Positions 13,865 through 26,369 of a stretch of DNA of 64,000 nt are shown piece after piece. The stretch is from contig OX597826.1 of assembly GCA_951406725.2 (NCBI GenBank), positions 39,246,001 to 39,310,000 on the forward strand, in the 5' to 3' direction. Made by a program: the position numbers and the translations under genes. The DNA comes from Octopus vulgaris (lineage: Eukaryota). Every line of letters begins with the position of its first letter. The first letter of the stretch is position 1. A model generated the notes under the pieces. It did no database searches. It was not told the origin of the DNA and worked only from the letters and a program-made list of their open reading frames with translations.

Positions 13865-15141
13865 TTAGGTTGTTCCGAAAATAATGGCCGCTCTAAGTGT
13901 GTTTTGAAACGCAATTTTATCATCGTATTTTAATAATTGATGTATGTATGTTTAATAAATGATGCATGCTCTTAAAAAATTTTCTACTTATTTCAGACAG
14001 AAAACATTCTTGAAGCATAGGCACCCTTAATTATGAACATGACAAAAAAAAGACCTTCGCTTACTTTTCTTGCATGAGTTCAAGCTTGGACACAATACCT
14101 CCCAAACTGCTGCCAATATCAACAGAGCATGGGGAGAGGGATCCACAAGTGATGGCACAGTACGAAGTTGGTTTCAGAAATTCCGTAGTGGTGATGAGAG
14201 CCTTGAAGATGAAGAAGGTAGAGGACGGTCATGCAGTCTTGATAATGAACAGTTGAAAGCAATTGTTGAAGAAAACCCAGGTCAAAGTGTCAGAGAAATA
14301 TCTCAGGCACTTGGTGTGGGTATTGCGATGGTCTCGCGCAAACTTCAGAAAATTGGTAAGGTGAAAAAGCTCGATAAATGGGTACCATATGAGCTCAATG
14401 AAAATCAAAAAGTTCAGTGTTTTGAAGTGTGCTCGATGCTCTTTCTGTGAAACACCAATGATCCTTTTCTTTGACCGAATGGTCACTTGTGACGAAAAGT
14501 GGATCCTTTATTATAACCGTAAACGATCAGGTCAATTGCTTGATCGTGATGGGTCCCTCAAGCATTTCCCAAAGCCAAAGTTGCATTAGCAAAAGATTAT
14601 GGTGACTGTCTGGTGGTTTTCAATTGGTGTTGTCCATTGCAGCTTTCTTGAAGCCAATCAGAGCTTTACAGCAGAGGTTTATTGCAATCAACTCACTGAA
14701 ACGCATGCTCACTTGCAAAAAATGAGACCTGCATTGGGGAATCGGCGTGGCCCAATTCTGCTCCATGATAATGCAAAGCCACATGTTGCAAGGATGATAC
14801 GGCAGAAACTCATAGACTTGGGATACGAGACTTTAGCACATCCTCCACATTCTCCTGATCTTTCACCCACTGACTACCATTTTTAAAGCATTTAAACACG
14901 TTTCTAAGTGATAAAGCTTTTAGGTCCAAACCAGAGGCGGAATCAGCTTTCAAAGATTTCTTAGCATCAAAGCCAACAAGTTTTTTTTTATCAACAATGC
15001 AAAAATAAATCTCATTGATCGATGGCAAGATGCATAGATGTTCACGGCTCACACTTTGACTAATCAAAACATTTCTATTGTTAATTTTTCCAGAATACAA
15101 TTATGTATTTGAAATCGGCCATTATTTTCGGAACAACCTAA
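13865..15141 (+). mobile_element. Full-length mariner DNA transposon (1277 bp), inactive
   Basis: 26-bp TIRs TTAGGTTGTTCCGAAAATAATGGCCG / CGGCCATTATTTTCGGAACAACCTAA. TA target duplications at 13863-13864 and 15142-15143. Confidence 0.97.
14033..15063 (+). pseudogene. Mariner (Hsmar1/cecropia-like) D,D34D transposase pseudogene
   Basis: HTH region, WVPYEL, TCDEKW, HDNAKPH and HSPDLSPTDY, with exactly 34 residues between the 2nd and 3rd D. Stops at 14448 and 14587 plus frameshifts. Confidence 0.95.
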
Positions 15142-15470
15142 TAATTCTTGCATTATAGTTGCCTCATCAGCATTCTTCTTCGCCTTCATCTTAATTTGAT
15201 TTTCTTTCTTCTATTTCCGCTACTTTACTTGCTACCCCGAATACATCTGACCTTGTATATTGGTGACTTTAGTGTCAAAATATTTTCTTGACAATGAAAA
15301 TTAAAAAATTTGCGTGTTTTGCAAATTACGTTCTACTTTGGAGTACAAGAATATTTAATAAACTTTTGATCTCAACACAAGTCGAAAGGTGGGTTCTTAA
15401 TTTTGATGTCTACAGATTTGGTTTAGTGGATTGTTCAGGATATACTTGACTTTAGTCCGCCTTAATAAAG

Positions 15471-15531
15471 TGAACCCGGAACCATGTGGTTGGGAAGCAA
15501 ACTTATTAGAACACAGCCACGCCTGTGCCTA
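15471..15531 (-). mobile_element. SINE family A head fragment
   Basis: TGAACCCGGAACCATGTGGTTGG...CACAGCCAC.CCTG.GCC is the reverse complement of the family A head. Confidence 0.7.
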
Positions 15532-15635
15532 TATACATACATACATTTATATATATATAGTCATACAGATATATACACATATTTAGACACACAAACATGT
15601 ATATTCACATAGATACACACATACACACAAATATG

Positions 15636-15680
<45 letters not shown>

Positions 15681-15682
<2 letters not shown>

Positions 15683-15740
15683 TATAGTGGTAAGTATCTG
15701 CCTGTCATAAGGAGACCAAAGTTTGATTCTCGTTGGGGAG
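15681..15740 (+). pseudogene. Degenerate tRNA-Asp(GTC)-derived sequence
   Basis: GTATAGTGGTAAGTATCTGCCTGTCATAAGGAGACCAAAGTTTGATTCTCGTTGGGGAG aligns by eye with metazoan tRNA-Asp. The 5' acceptor strand is lost in (TA)n and the stems are broken. Confidence 0.7.
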
Positions 15741-16170
15741 GTGATGGTGTGTGTGTGTGTGTATAATTCTCTCTTTCCTTTTTTCTCTAATATCTAATTT
15801 TCTCGTTGTCTAGCTGTCTAAAATATTTCTGATTAATAACTAAATATAAACACTTCATCTAAATGTAAAATTTATATCATTTAATTCTTTGCTTGAAGAA
15901 TTTCTAATAGGTCAAAGGTACTTCTATTTCTCTATGGCAGAAACGAAAAAAAAACAAAACAAAAAAAAAACAACAACAGAAAACTCCAGAAAACATAGCT
16001 GTTAAGCAAGACCCGTGGTTTGTCGTCATTATGTAACTCCGAGGGACCCCACTATGATATATTAACATATTGACTATAATGGCGATTCTTTTGAAAGCGT
16101 TCGTATCATATATATATAGCTATAGATATGTTTACACGCACACTCGCACGCACCCACGCACGCACAAGCA

Positions 16171-16238
<68 letters not shown>

Positions 16239-17953
16239 CACACACGCGCGCGCGCACAGATACATATATATGCATATAGAGGAGAATGCATCACATCATC
16301 AGCCTTTGAGCACAATGAATCGGCAGTAAAGGACCACAGAGTTTTGATCTCTGGAGTCGTGATGGAATCATAGGAACACTATCAAGAGAGACAAGGCATG
16401 CACTACGTAGAGGACTAACTTTTTGCTAGATTAGCACCTGTGAACACTAATCGGACACTTAATCCAGGCCGTATGGAAAAGATTTTTATAATAATATTTT
16501 ATATATAGAGATAAGTGTATGGACATACATAGGAAGAGCAAGCGTTGAGTTGCTGGTGCTAGTTTAGATTACCGCACGCTGAGTTTTACACCGAAAACTT
16601 CCAGCTAACACGGCAATATATGGAGCTGAATGTTTAATGAGTAGAATGTAATACATTTAAACAGGCTTTCATGAGTTCTTGGAATTCTCTAATAACCAGT
16701 CAGAGTGCGTCTGTTGTGGAGGATTTGTTATGTTGGAAATAATATGAAAGAAAATGTTTATAGCGTCTTTATGGCGGTCGAGGAGCTTTATGCAAATTAA
16801 TCAATTTTATCAATAAAAATTCATTTACTTTTTAGAGAATTTGAGAAATATAATCAACATTGCAGAAATTAATAGTTCAGTTATCTGATCTGTATATCTA
16901 TATCATTTTAAATTGCGCATGGTAGAAAAAAAATGATTCTATTTCCATTTTCTATTTAATTTCATAGATTTCATTAAAATTTTTATCTTTGATAACCAAA
17001 TTACACGAATGCGCGCACACACACACACACACACGCACAAACACACAGATACACGCACATACACGCACATACTCGAGGCTATAAATTATAGAACTCAATA
17101 TTTAAATGTAGACTGATTTTATACATTATACATTATAACTGAAAGTCTCCTAATTCTCAATATACTGAGTTTCATGCTTCGGTTCTTTTAGCTGTTTCCC
17201 CTTGAATTATCAGCTGTTTGAATATATATTTTGAAATATTATACAAACGTAGTCAATGAAACACGTTTTTTTTTAAGAAACCAAGCGAGCGGTATATGTA
17301 AAAGCAGTCGTATCAAGTTCACATTTTTCATTCCATTTATGGTTCTCGTGGGAATACTTCAAAAGTGTTTGAGCTTAAAAACAAGAGTGGTCACTCTAAG
17401 AATAGTCCCTATGAAATTGCGCTGATTACGAAATATTTTAACAATGGCAACAACACATATACAGATATACATCCACGCATAGTTCCACTCATTTATATAC
17501 CTACATACATGAATACATACATGAATACATATATACGAATTTCAGTGTAATCACATAAGTTCAAATTTCTTGGATCAAACTCCTACAGAGGAATCACAAT
17601 ACCTTCCTTTCTCGTCAGTTGATGGATTTTCAAACACGGATTTCCACAGAAACTAGAAAATTATCTCTGGATAGTTTACAAAACACAAACCAGACGTTAA
17701 CAAATTGGTATGCCGCTCGAAATATTATTATTGCAACTAAGAGTTGTTGTTGCTGACGATGACTTTGGTGAGTTAATCATTTCCATGATCTCTTTACTGC
17801 CTCAAATGTAACGCGGTAACAACGTGCTAGGATCAGCATTTCATTTAGATACAGAGGAAGTCTTGGAACGTTACTAGATTTAGGGATGCTACTTGTTCAA
17901 GCTAAACATAAAGGACTAATAAAGAAATCTGAAGAATCCTGAAAATAAAACAT

Positions 17954-18473
17954 TGCAATCGAACACAAAGAGAAATTACCTATAACAGGCACTTTCTACA
18001 CACTAGGAGACAGTGAAAACGACCGAAAACCACAAAATTCAAGCAATTTCAAAGGGAATGAAAAAATAAAAACTTTTACCTTGTTTTTACAGGTAAATAA
18101 AGTAATTTACTAGGCAAATTTCCATCTGTAACCGAGCCATCCAAGACTAACCTATAATTATGAGACCAATATCACGTGTCACATCCTTATATAGTATAAT
18201 TTTTTCAAAACCCACCACACAAGCGCAGTTTCAGTCGGCAGAAAATGAAAAATGCCGAAACGAACGTTGGAAATCTAATATCGATACTTATATATATATA
18301 TATATAGGGTAATAAATTTTTACAAATTTCACTACCAGTGGCCTAGCATGTATAAAAAGTCAATAGACGACATATTATTCAATATAAAATTTTGTGGTTT
18401 TCGGTCGTTTTGACTGTCTCCTAGCGTGTAGAAATCGCCTGTTATAATTAATTTCTCTTTGTGTTTAAATGCA
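17954..18473. repeat. ~86-bp imperfect inverted repeat with ~350-bp spacer
   Basis: 17954-18039 is the reverse complement of 18388-18473. Confidence 0.85.
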
Positions 18474-18910
18474 TTAATATCAAATTAATATTCAATTTTT
18501 CCCCATTATTATTTTTAATTTAAATTTAAATAGTTATGTTCTCTAACTGGCAAAATTTACTGCAGAGAATTATTTCCGGTAGATTGGCGCGCCTAAACGA
18601 CATTTTTGAAAAAGTAACCCCAATTGTATACATGTTCAATCTCATGCGGACGTCTCGTGTATAGTTCTGTAAATTATACTTGCTAAGACTATCACACTGA
18701 CGAGTTGCGGATAATTACGTAAATGATTACGTAAGCATTAACAACGAAACCTGGTTTGTGATTAATCTATATTTTGTATCTTTTCCTTTGTCTTGCTCGT
18801 TTACGTTCTGGTGTTAGCTAAATTTTCTTGAGAACATTCCTTTCTTAATGGTAAGACCATAGTGGATCTTCTTCTAACATAATGGATGTCCACTTAAGGT
18901 CATCCCTGTA
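18474..18910 (+). mobile_element. Penelope-like pseudo-LTR remnant (family P1), homologous to 45930-46409
   Basis: Shares CTCATGCGGACGTCTCGTGTATAGTTCTG, the hammerhead motif and GCTAAATTTTCTTGAGAACAT...GGTAAGACCATAG with the 46-kb copy. Ends in (TA)/(TG). Confidence 0.75.
18691..18762 (+). ncRNA. Minimal type-I hammerhead ribozyme motif
   Basis: Stem I ATCACA/TGTGAT (6 bp), core CTGACGA, stem II GTTG/CAAC, then GAAAC-CTG-GTT (GUU triplet). Confidence 0.8.
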
Positions 18911-18912
18911 TG

Positions 18913-18956
<44 letters not shown>

Positions 18957-19878
18957 CGTACAAGCATTTACTTTGGAATGTCAGAATTTCCTTCTATAGT
19001 GGAAGTCTTAACCAACAAATAAAATGAAAATTGTTACTTGCTCATATCAACTATTCTTTTCTTCTGACAACATTAAATTATTGAAATACACATTTCCACC
19101 GCCCCCTAATGTTGCTGGTGTCTTTGATAGTGCTAATGTCGTTGTTGTTGCCGTTGTTACCTTTTTAGCATTTCGATTATTTTTTTATTTCAGGTTATTT
19201 TCGTTTGTGCTGACATCTTTTTTGTTTCTGAATATTTCCATCAAACAAATGTTAGAAATAGCTATTGAAATATTTAGGGACATTTTGACGTCTTAACGGA
19301 CTTTCATTTTGCAACCTTAAAAAAAAAAAAAAAACCCAAATCACAAAAATATTGCATGACGAATCTCCAGATTACTTGAATAACTAATTCAATGTTGTTC
19401 CGTCCGCAGTTCAGTATCGTTTCGTTCTTAGCATTTCTCTCGGTTTTACGTTCCTTCATCTTATTGTATCCTTCTCATATACTATTCATAAGTTTTAGTT
19501 CCTGTTTGTCATGCAATGCGTTGTCCTTTCCAAATTTAGAATTCCACTTAGAAGCGACAGAGCATTAAGTCATAAAAATATGGCAAATTATTATTTTATG
19601 GAATTGCTGAATAAATTCAAGATAATTCTTGATGAGAATAGCCAACTCGTCTCCATTTAGTTTGAATCCTCCTCCTTCCCCTCCTCCCCCCCTCCTCTTA
19701 ACGTCTCCTATTCTCTAATTCCGCTTTATCATTCTGTGTCGTTAAATACATCATAAAAACGACACACTATAGCAACACACGCTGAAAATTATCCTTTAAT
19801 ATCATTAATGAGCGACAACTGAAGAGAAAGCTAAGTTGACAGAGCCGAAAATCAGCCGATAGGTAGTGCATTTTGTGG

Positions 19879-19923
<45 letters not shown>

Positions 19924-19926
<3 letters not shown>

Positions 19927-19990
19927 ATATATAAAACTGAGAATGTGTATCTGTCTGTCTGCCTGTCTGTGTGAATCCTTAAAACTCAAA

Positions 19991-19995
<5 letters not shown>
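19924..19995 (+). mobile_element. Isolated Helitron-like 5' end
   Basis: TCAATATATAAAACTGAGAATGTGTATCTGTCTGTCTG..., homologous to the minus-strand terminus at 55094. Confidence 0.6.
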
Positions 19996-20031
<36 letters not shown>

Positions 20032-20035
<4 letters not shown>

Positions 20036-20441
20036 AGATAAGAAAATGGAGAAATACATCTAAATCAAATATCAATTACTAGATAATACTCAATCACATA
20101 CTTTATTAAACCACCACATAAGAGACTGTAGGGTTACACATAAAAAAGCAGCTGCTTTTTTATGTTTAACCCTACAGTCTCTTATGTAGTGGTTTAATAA
20201 AGTATGTGATTGAGTATTATCTGGTAATTGATATTTGATTTAGATGTATTTCTCCATTTTCTTATCTTGTATTAGTAATTTGTGGTAAATCATTTTACCT
20301 TTGCCCATATAATACAGTAAATGAATTGATTGCATCGCAATCCTTAACATTTATGTATTAACTTTGTTGGGTACTTCACTAGCAGTATATTGGATATATG
20401 TTATCCCATGGAGGGTTGCATTTACAACCCCTGTCTCAATT

Positions 20442-20443
<2 letters not shown>
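20032..20443 (+). mobile_element. (TA)n-embedded fold-back element, family F1, copy 1
   Basis: Spacerless 240-bp palindrome 20032-20271 (centre 20151/20152, 3 mismatches) plus single-copy tail 20272-20443. (TA)n on both sides; second copy at 60821. Strand inferred from the tail side. Confidence 0.85.
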
Positions 20444-20480
<37 letters not shown>

Positions 20481-20483
<3 letters not shown>

Positions 20484-21078
20484 GAAACAAAAATGCAATA
20501 CAGGACAATAAAACATTCGGACAGGCAGACGACACAAAGGCGGCCAGGAGAAATAACAATTAGAAGGATAGGCAAAAAAAGACGGATCACTCGTGGTCTT
20601 CTTTCCTCAGTCAAGTTACCAGAAGTCCTTACTGCCTCGGGTAGTTACACTTGAGACAGTTCGATCTGGTTGCCACCAAAAAGTCAAGTTAAGAGCATTA
20701 GATTTTTTTGTAAGAAAGCTGGCGAATGTGTACAGCAACAAAGACAAAAACGGAGAACATTGTACATAATTACAAATACAAACAACGAAAATATAACAAC
20801 AGGTATCTTTCGACTGAGAACGAATCAAATTGAGCTGGCGTGAATGAAGTGAAAGCCTAAAGGCAGGAGCTCGGGAGATGGGCGTAAGAGGTGTTGATGG
20901 TCGGCAGTCAGGCCAAGAAAGAGAGATCACTACTTGTCGGACACAGGCCACGTGGAAGGAAGAGAGAGGGGTAGGGGGCAGCAGGATTGAAGGATTAGAA
21001 AAAAATCAGAGACAAAAGGAAAGGTACAGTGGAGATAAACGAGGGGGAAAAGTGGGAGTCAAAGAGAGTGCCAAGAAT

Positions 21079-21127
<49 letters not shown>

Positions 21128-21410
21128 GAGAGGGAGAACAAGAAAAAGGTAAGAGAAAGAAAGTATGAGGGAAACTAAAAGATAGAGTTAAAGAGTTGTA
21201 CAATTTTAGATACATACCTACTATAAGGTGAGAGGTAGTGGATACGTACGCTGCTATACACACACACACACACACACACACATAAATGGAAAAACATATA
21301 AATGGAACAAAAAACGCAATAGAGGATAATAAAATATTCAGACAGACAGATGACAAGCGAGGACAGGAGAAACAACAATTAGAAAGACAGGCAAAAACAC
21401 GCGGGGCATG
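20481..21410. repeat. Two diverged direct copies (20481-20580, 21300-21400) of an unclassified repeat end
   Basis: Shared AACAAAAA.GCAATA...ATAAAA.ATTC.GACAG.CAGA.GACA...CAGGAGAAA.AACAATTAGAA.GA.AGGCAAAAA. Confidence 0.6.
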
Positions 21411-21468
21411 GTTTGGACGGATTGACGTGGAGCTGTCGAGACAACACCTGTACATATATATGATTGTA

Positions 21469-21526
<58 letters not shown>

Positions 21527-21546
21527 CATATATATATATATATATA

Positions 21547-22203
21547 CTAGCAGTATCGCACGGCGTTGCTCGGGTTTGTAAGGGAAATAACTATATAAGC
21601 ATTTTTAGAGAGTTATAGCAAAAAAATTAGCAAAAAAATGCATTAAAAATGGAATAAATAATGATGGTAATTTTTTTTTTAATCGTTGACTCATCGTAGA
21701 CATTTTTAGAGAGTTACTTCCCTTATATAATAGCGAAAAAATGCATTAAAATGGAAAAAATGATGGTAAATTTTTTTAAAAATCGTAGACTCATCGTAGA
21801 CGCTTTCTTAGCCATTTCTGTTTTGGTGTCTTCAAGCCATGAAGTCGTTGTTCTAAAAGAACGCTGGTCTCCTTGACAATGCTTTACGACGTTGATTTCC
21901 TTACACTCCCTTCCCCACAGCTTCACGAGGGAAGGAAGAAGGGGAGAAGCAACACAGGTGCAGGTGTGACCATGGACGCCAACTCCGCCGCCATCGACAC
22001 ACGAAAAAATATGCATTAAAATGGAATAAAAAATGATGTTAAATTATTTTTAAAATCGTAGACTCATCGTAGACGCGCGCTAATACCCAGACGGGCTCGA
22101 TATGAATCACGACTATAAGATACCCGAATTTGGTTAAACTGCACCGCCAAATGTGGGAGTAGTTAGGAATCTAAATCGAAGGGGACAGACACTCACACAA
22201 CTA

Positions 22204-22212
<9 letters not shown>
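21547..22212 (-). mobile_element. Non-autonomous Helitron, family H1, copy 1
   Basis: Minus-strand 3' end ACCCGAGCAACGCCGTGCGATACTG-CTAG (hairpin + CTAG). 5' end TATATATAAAA...GTGTCTGTC. No TSD. Confidence 0.8.
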
Positions 22213-22249
<37 letters not shown>

Positions 22250-22320
22250 TATAATATATTCTTTCTTTTTTCATTGTATATATATATATTATAAATATGT
22301 ATAATAAATATATATATATA

Positions 22321-22712
22321 CTAGCAGTATCGCCCGGCGTTGCTCGGATTTGTAAGGGAAATAACTATATAAGCAGTTTTAGAGAGTTATAGCCAAAAAA
22401 TAGCAAAAAAATGCATTAAAAATGGAAAAAAAATTATGGTAAATTTAAAAAAAAATCATTGACTCATAGTAGACATTTTTAGAGAGTTACTTCCCTTATA
22501 TAATAGCGAAAAAATGCATTAAAATGGAAAAAAATGATGGTAAATTATTTTTAAAATCGTAGACTCATCGTAGACGCGCGCTAATACCCAGAAGGGCTCA
22601 ATATGAATCACGACTATAAGATACCCGAATTTGGTTAAACTGCACCGCAAATGTGGGAGTAGTTAGGAATCTAAATCGTAGGAGACAGACACACAACTTC
22701 ACTTTTATATAT
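22321..22712 (-). mobile_element. Non-autonomous Helitron, family H1, copy 2 (shorter variant)
   Basis: Same termini as copy 1; lacks the ~200-bp internal module. Confidence 0.8.
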
Positions 22713-22737
22713 AAAATATATCGTATATATATTATAA

Positions 22738-22793
<56 letters not shown>

Positions 22794-22797
22794 GTAT

Positions 22798-22990
22798 ATA
22801 GTTGAAATTTACAGAAAAACAAGAGACGAAGACAGTTGTATTAGTTTAACGATCGGGAAGGTGGGAAAGTCTTTTACGTTTCGAGCCTACGCTCTTCAAC
22901 AGCAATGAACACGAAGAAATAAACAGAGAGAGAGAGAGAATAAAAAAGCTTTTGAAGCTAGCAGTCAATCATGGCGGCTGGCTCCACAGA
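22798..22990 (-). mobile_element. Penelope-like 3' end with degenerate hammerhead (22871-22905)
   Basis: Minus strand CTGTTGA-A-GAGC-GTAG-GCTC-GAAACGTA; ends ...TTCAAC-(TA)n. Related pieces at 40870, 47370 and 62690. Confidence 0.6.
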
Positions 22991-23851
22991 GATAGTAAGA
23001 CACACGCACACGCATTCATACATTCGACCTTAAGGTGTGGTAGCAGACATTCGACTAAGATGCCACACAATTGGATCGTACACATAATAGCATAGCTACA
23101 AAGTTATTGGCGTAGCTGTGCCAACATCTATAGAGGGTAACTTGATGGATTGCTGCTTCCTACAGTCTGAATGTGGTAATAATGACAATTTATCCCCACC
23201 AGTCTTGGAGACCTGGTGGTCAATTATTTATCAAACTTTGATAATAACCATATCATCTCTGTGCTTGAGGTATGACCATTTCCATCATGTCTGTTCGAAT
23301 AAAGCCATATGGATATATTTTTTGAAGAAGAGTAATGTTAGTGAAACAGATGCCAATAATATTTGAAACGAAGATAACATGGCTGCTTGATACTTGACTC
23401 ATCAATCAATTTAGGTTATTGGTAAAACATAAATTTTAATGGAAAACTGACAGAAAAGGATTTCAAGGCAGTAAAAGTAAAGAAAAAAAGAAGTGATCTG
23501 TTACTTTGTTGTAAGCAGAAGAGGTCGATATCTAGGATTTAGATCAGAGTTATCTTTATCGGAGAGTGAAGATCACAGTATACCATTTATCTATATTCTT
23601 GGTCTAAATAAATATTTTCGTACTTCTTGTAGCGAACGATGTTATTAAATGTCTTCTACAGGTGACCAGATAGCTTTTGTTTCGCCAGAAATTGCGCATC
23701 TAGAACTACATTGTGATTTCAGTGCTATAAATTAGGAGATTCGGCTGTAAACTCTCGTAGCTAAAGCAACCACATAGAGGCTCCCTAGTCAGATAAAGTT
23801 TGGTTACTCGCTGTATATATTCTCCCTGGTCCTGATGATAGTTATATTCTT

Positions 23852-24230
23852 TTCTACTCTAGGCACAAGACCCAAAATTTTGGGGGAGGGAACCGGTCAA
23901 TTAGATCGACCCCAGTACGCAACTGGTACTTAATATATCAACCTCGAAAGGATGAAAGGCAAAGTCAACCTCGGCTGAATTTGAAATCAGAACGTAAAGG
24001 CAGACGAAATACCTATTTCTTTACTACCCACAAGGGGCTAAACACAGAGAGGACAAACAAGGACAGACAAACGGATTTAGCCGATTATATCGACCCCAGT
24101 GCGTAACTGGTACTTATTTAATCGACCCCAAAAGGATGAAAGGCAAAGTCGACCTCGGCGGAATTTGAACTCAAAATGCAAAGGCAGACGAAATACCGCT
24201 AAACGTTTTGCCCGGCATGCTAATGTTACT
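23852..24230 (-). mobile_element. Two tandem copies of SINE family B (Meta/MESC-domain-like)
   Basis: Reverse complement of GAGTTCAAATTCCGCCGAGGTCGACTTTGCCTTTCATCCTTT..GGTCGAT.AA.TAAGTACCAGTT, twice. Confidence 0.85.
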
Positions 24231-24509
24231 TCCGGCGAGCTGGAGCTCGCTGGTTTTGATGATAGTTATATCGAGGGAGTAAAACTTATATTCCAGAGAC
24301 AGTGCTGCGTCATCTAAAATGTGGGTATTCTACCAAAATAGGCTCCTACAGGATTTCTACCAAATATAATTCCCACTCTTTCAATGTCTGTAAAGAAGAA
24401 GAAAAGACTCCACGCTATTTCTTTTGAGAGTCAGACTGGTTGGATGAAAAGTGTGTGTGGGTTAATGTTAATATATTTATACCGGAGTTCTAGTCTTAAT
24501 ATTTACAAC

Positions 24510-24722
24510 AGAGCGGGAAGAATCGTTAGCACGCCAGGCAAAATGCTTCGCGGCATTTCGCACGTCTTTACGTTCTGAGTTCAAATTCTGCTGAGGTCGA
24601 CTTTACCTTTCATCCATTCAGGAATCGATAAAATAAGGACCAGTCGAGTACTAGGGGGAAGATTTAATCGACTAACTTTCTTTCCCGAACTTGCTGGCCT
24701 TGTGCCAAATTTTGAGACCAAT
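24510..24722 (+). mobile_element. SINE family B
   Basis: GTTAGCACGCC.GGC...GAGTTCAAATTC...GGTCGACTTTACCTTTCATCC...AATTTTGAGACC. Confidence 0.85.
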
Positions 24723-24899
24723 ATATTTACAACAGAGTGGTTTCTGCTAATAACATTCAAGGTGCTGATGTTAACACCCAGGTGCCGGATTAACTCTACC
24801 ACCAAATAATAGATTAAATGTTACTAGACGAGCTACTGCACGATTTCTGCCTATCCTCATGGCTTTGGTGCCGTGCAGCGAGTACGAACACGGACTTAC

Positions 24900-24944
24900 G
24901 TAACTGCAAAGCGAATTTCTTTCACCACGGGGCTGTGTTTGCAT
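24900..24944 (-). other. Candidate 45-nt host-gene exon
   Basis: Minus strand ttcacttccatccatttcag|ATGCAAACAC...GCAGTTAC|gtaagt. Length is divisible by 3; two open frames (CKHSPVVKEIRFAV or MQTQPRGERNSLCSY); lies in non-repetitive sequence. Confidence 0.55.
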
Positions 24945-25435
24945 CTGAAATGGATGGAAGTGAATATACCGACAATAAGTTTAGCTTGAGAAAAAAAAGT
25001 GTCAAGTGTCCGAATATAGGGTTTCAATAATTACATGTTTTCTGCAAAAATTTCCAGCTGATTTCGTGTATTTGCACAGCGTTAATTGGTGAAAAACCAG
25101 TGCAGCTTGTTCGATGTGCTCTTAACATGATTAGCATCGCTGTTTAAACATTAATGCATGCAATTAAAACTTGTTTATTTCCCTTGTGATTGACTGAGTG
25201 TGACGAGCAATAGCATTTTGCTTATAAAAAATAGTCCTGTTGGCTTTATGGAAATATTGAATGCAACACCTTCTTTAGAACAACACCTTTTATTTTCTAT
25301 GATGTAAGTTGATTGTATGTTGCAATCCAATAATCCAGCGGGTTTGTAGGGACTTCGTTGAGAACATTCTCGGCATTGTAATTTGAGCAGCGAGTATAGA
25401 ATGTTCGCATCCGATCCGTCCAGCGAAAGAAAATA

Positions 25436-25775
<340 letters not shown>

Positions 25776-25868
25776 CAGAAGAGTGCTGCGAGCAAGTGCG
25801 ACAATTAATCAAATTTTGTGCTCAGTAATTGTCCCACGCTCCAGTGTGTATGCTTGTGTATCTGTATG

Positions 25869-25940
<72 letters not shown>

Positions 25941-26189
25941 TGTGTGTGTGTACATAAGCATGCAACCCTAGCTGATTTATGGTCTAAGCTGACCTACTGC
26001 AATCAGTTTGGTCAGTGGACTTCCCTCTTTTCTCTTTTTATCGTTTTATAAGCTTTCTGTTTTCCTTTAATCTCCCTCTACTCTCTCTTTTTTCTCTCTT
26101 TATCTTTGGTTATACATGGTTTTGAGGGAGATGTGGCGTTGTTTGGAGTTCTTTGATATAATACCTTGTCTGACCTCCATTGTGAAATT

Positions 26190-26345
26190 CAAGGTTACGT
26201 TTTGATTTAAAATTCCTCTGAGGTCGACTGTGTCTTTCATTCTGTCGGAGTAGATAAAATAAGTATCAGTCAAACACTGGACTCAAAGTAATCGACTGTT
26301 CCCCGCTCCCGAAATTGCGGGCCTCATGCCAAAATTTGAAACCAT
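26190..26345 (+). mobile_element. SINE family B, diverged
   Basis: GAGGTCGACTGTGTCTTTCAT...GATAAAATAAGTA...AAAATTTGAAACC. Confidence 0.7.
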
Positions 26346-26369
26346 TATTATTTCTGTGTGAATCTGTGT

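Noticed and set aside
14033-15063. SETMAR or another domesticated transposase gene
   Set aside because: No SET domain, multiple stops and frameshifts, and intact TIRs/TSD: an ordinary dead transposon.
17603-17652. Possible ~50-nt minus-strand exon (ttttctag|...AAG|gtattg)
   Set aside because: Weak pyrimidine tract and donor; expected by chance.
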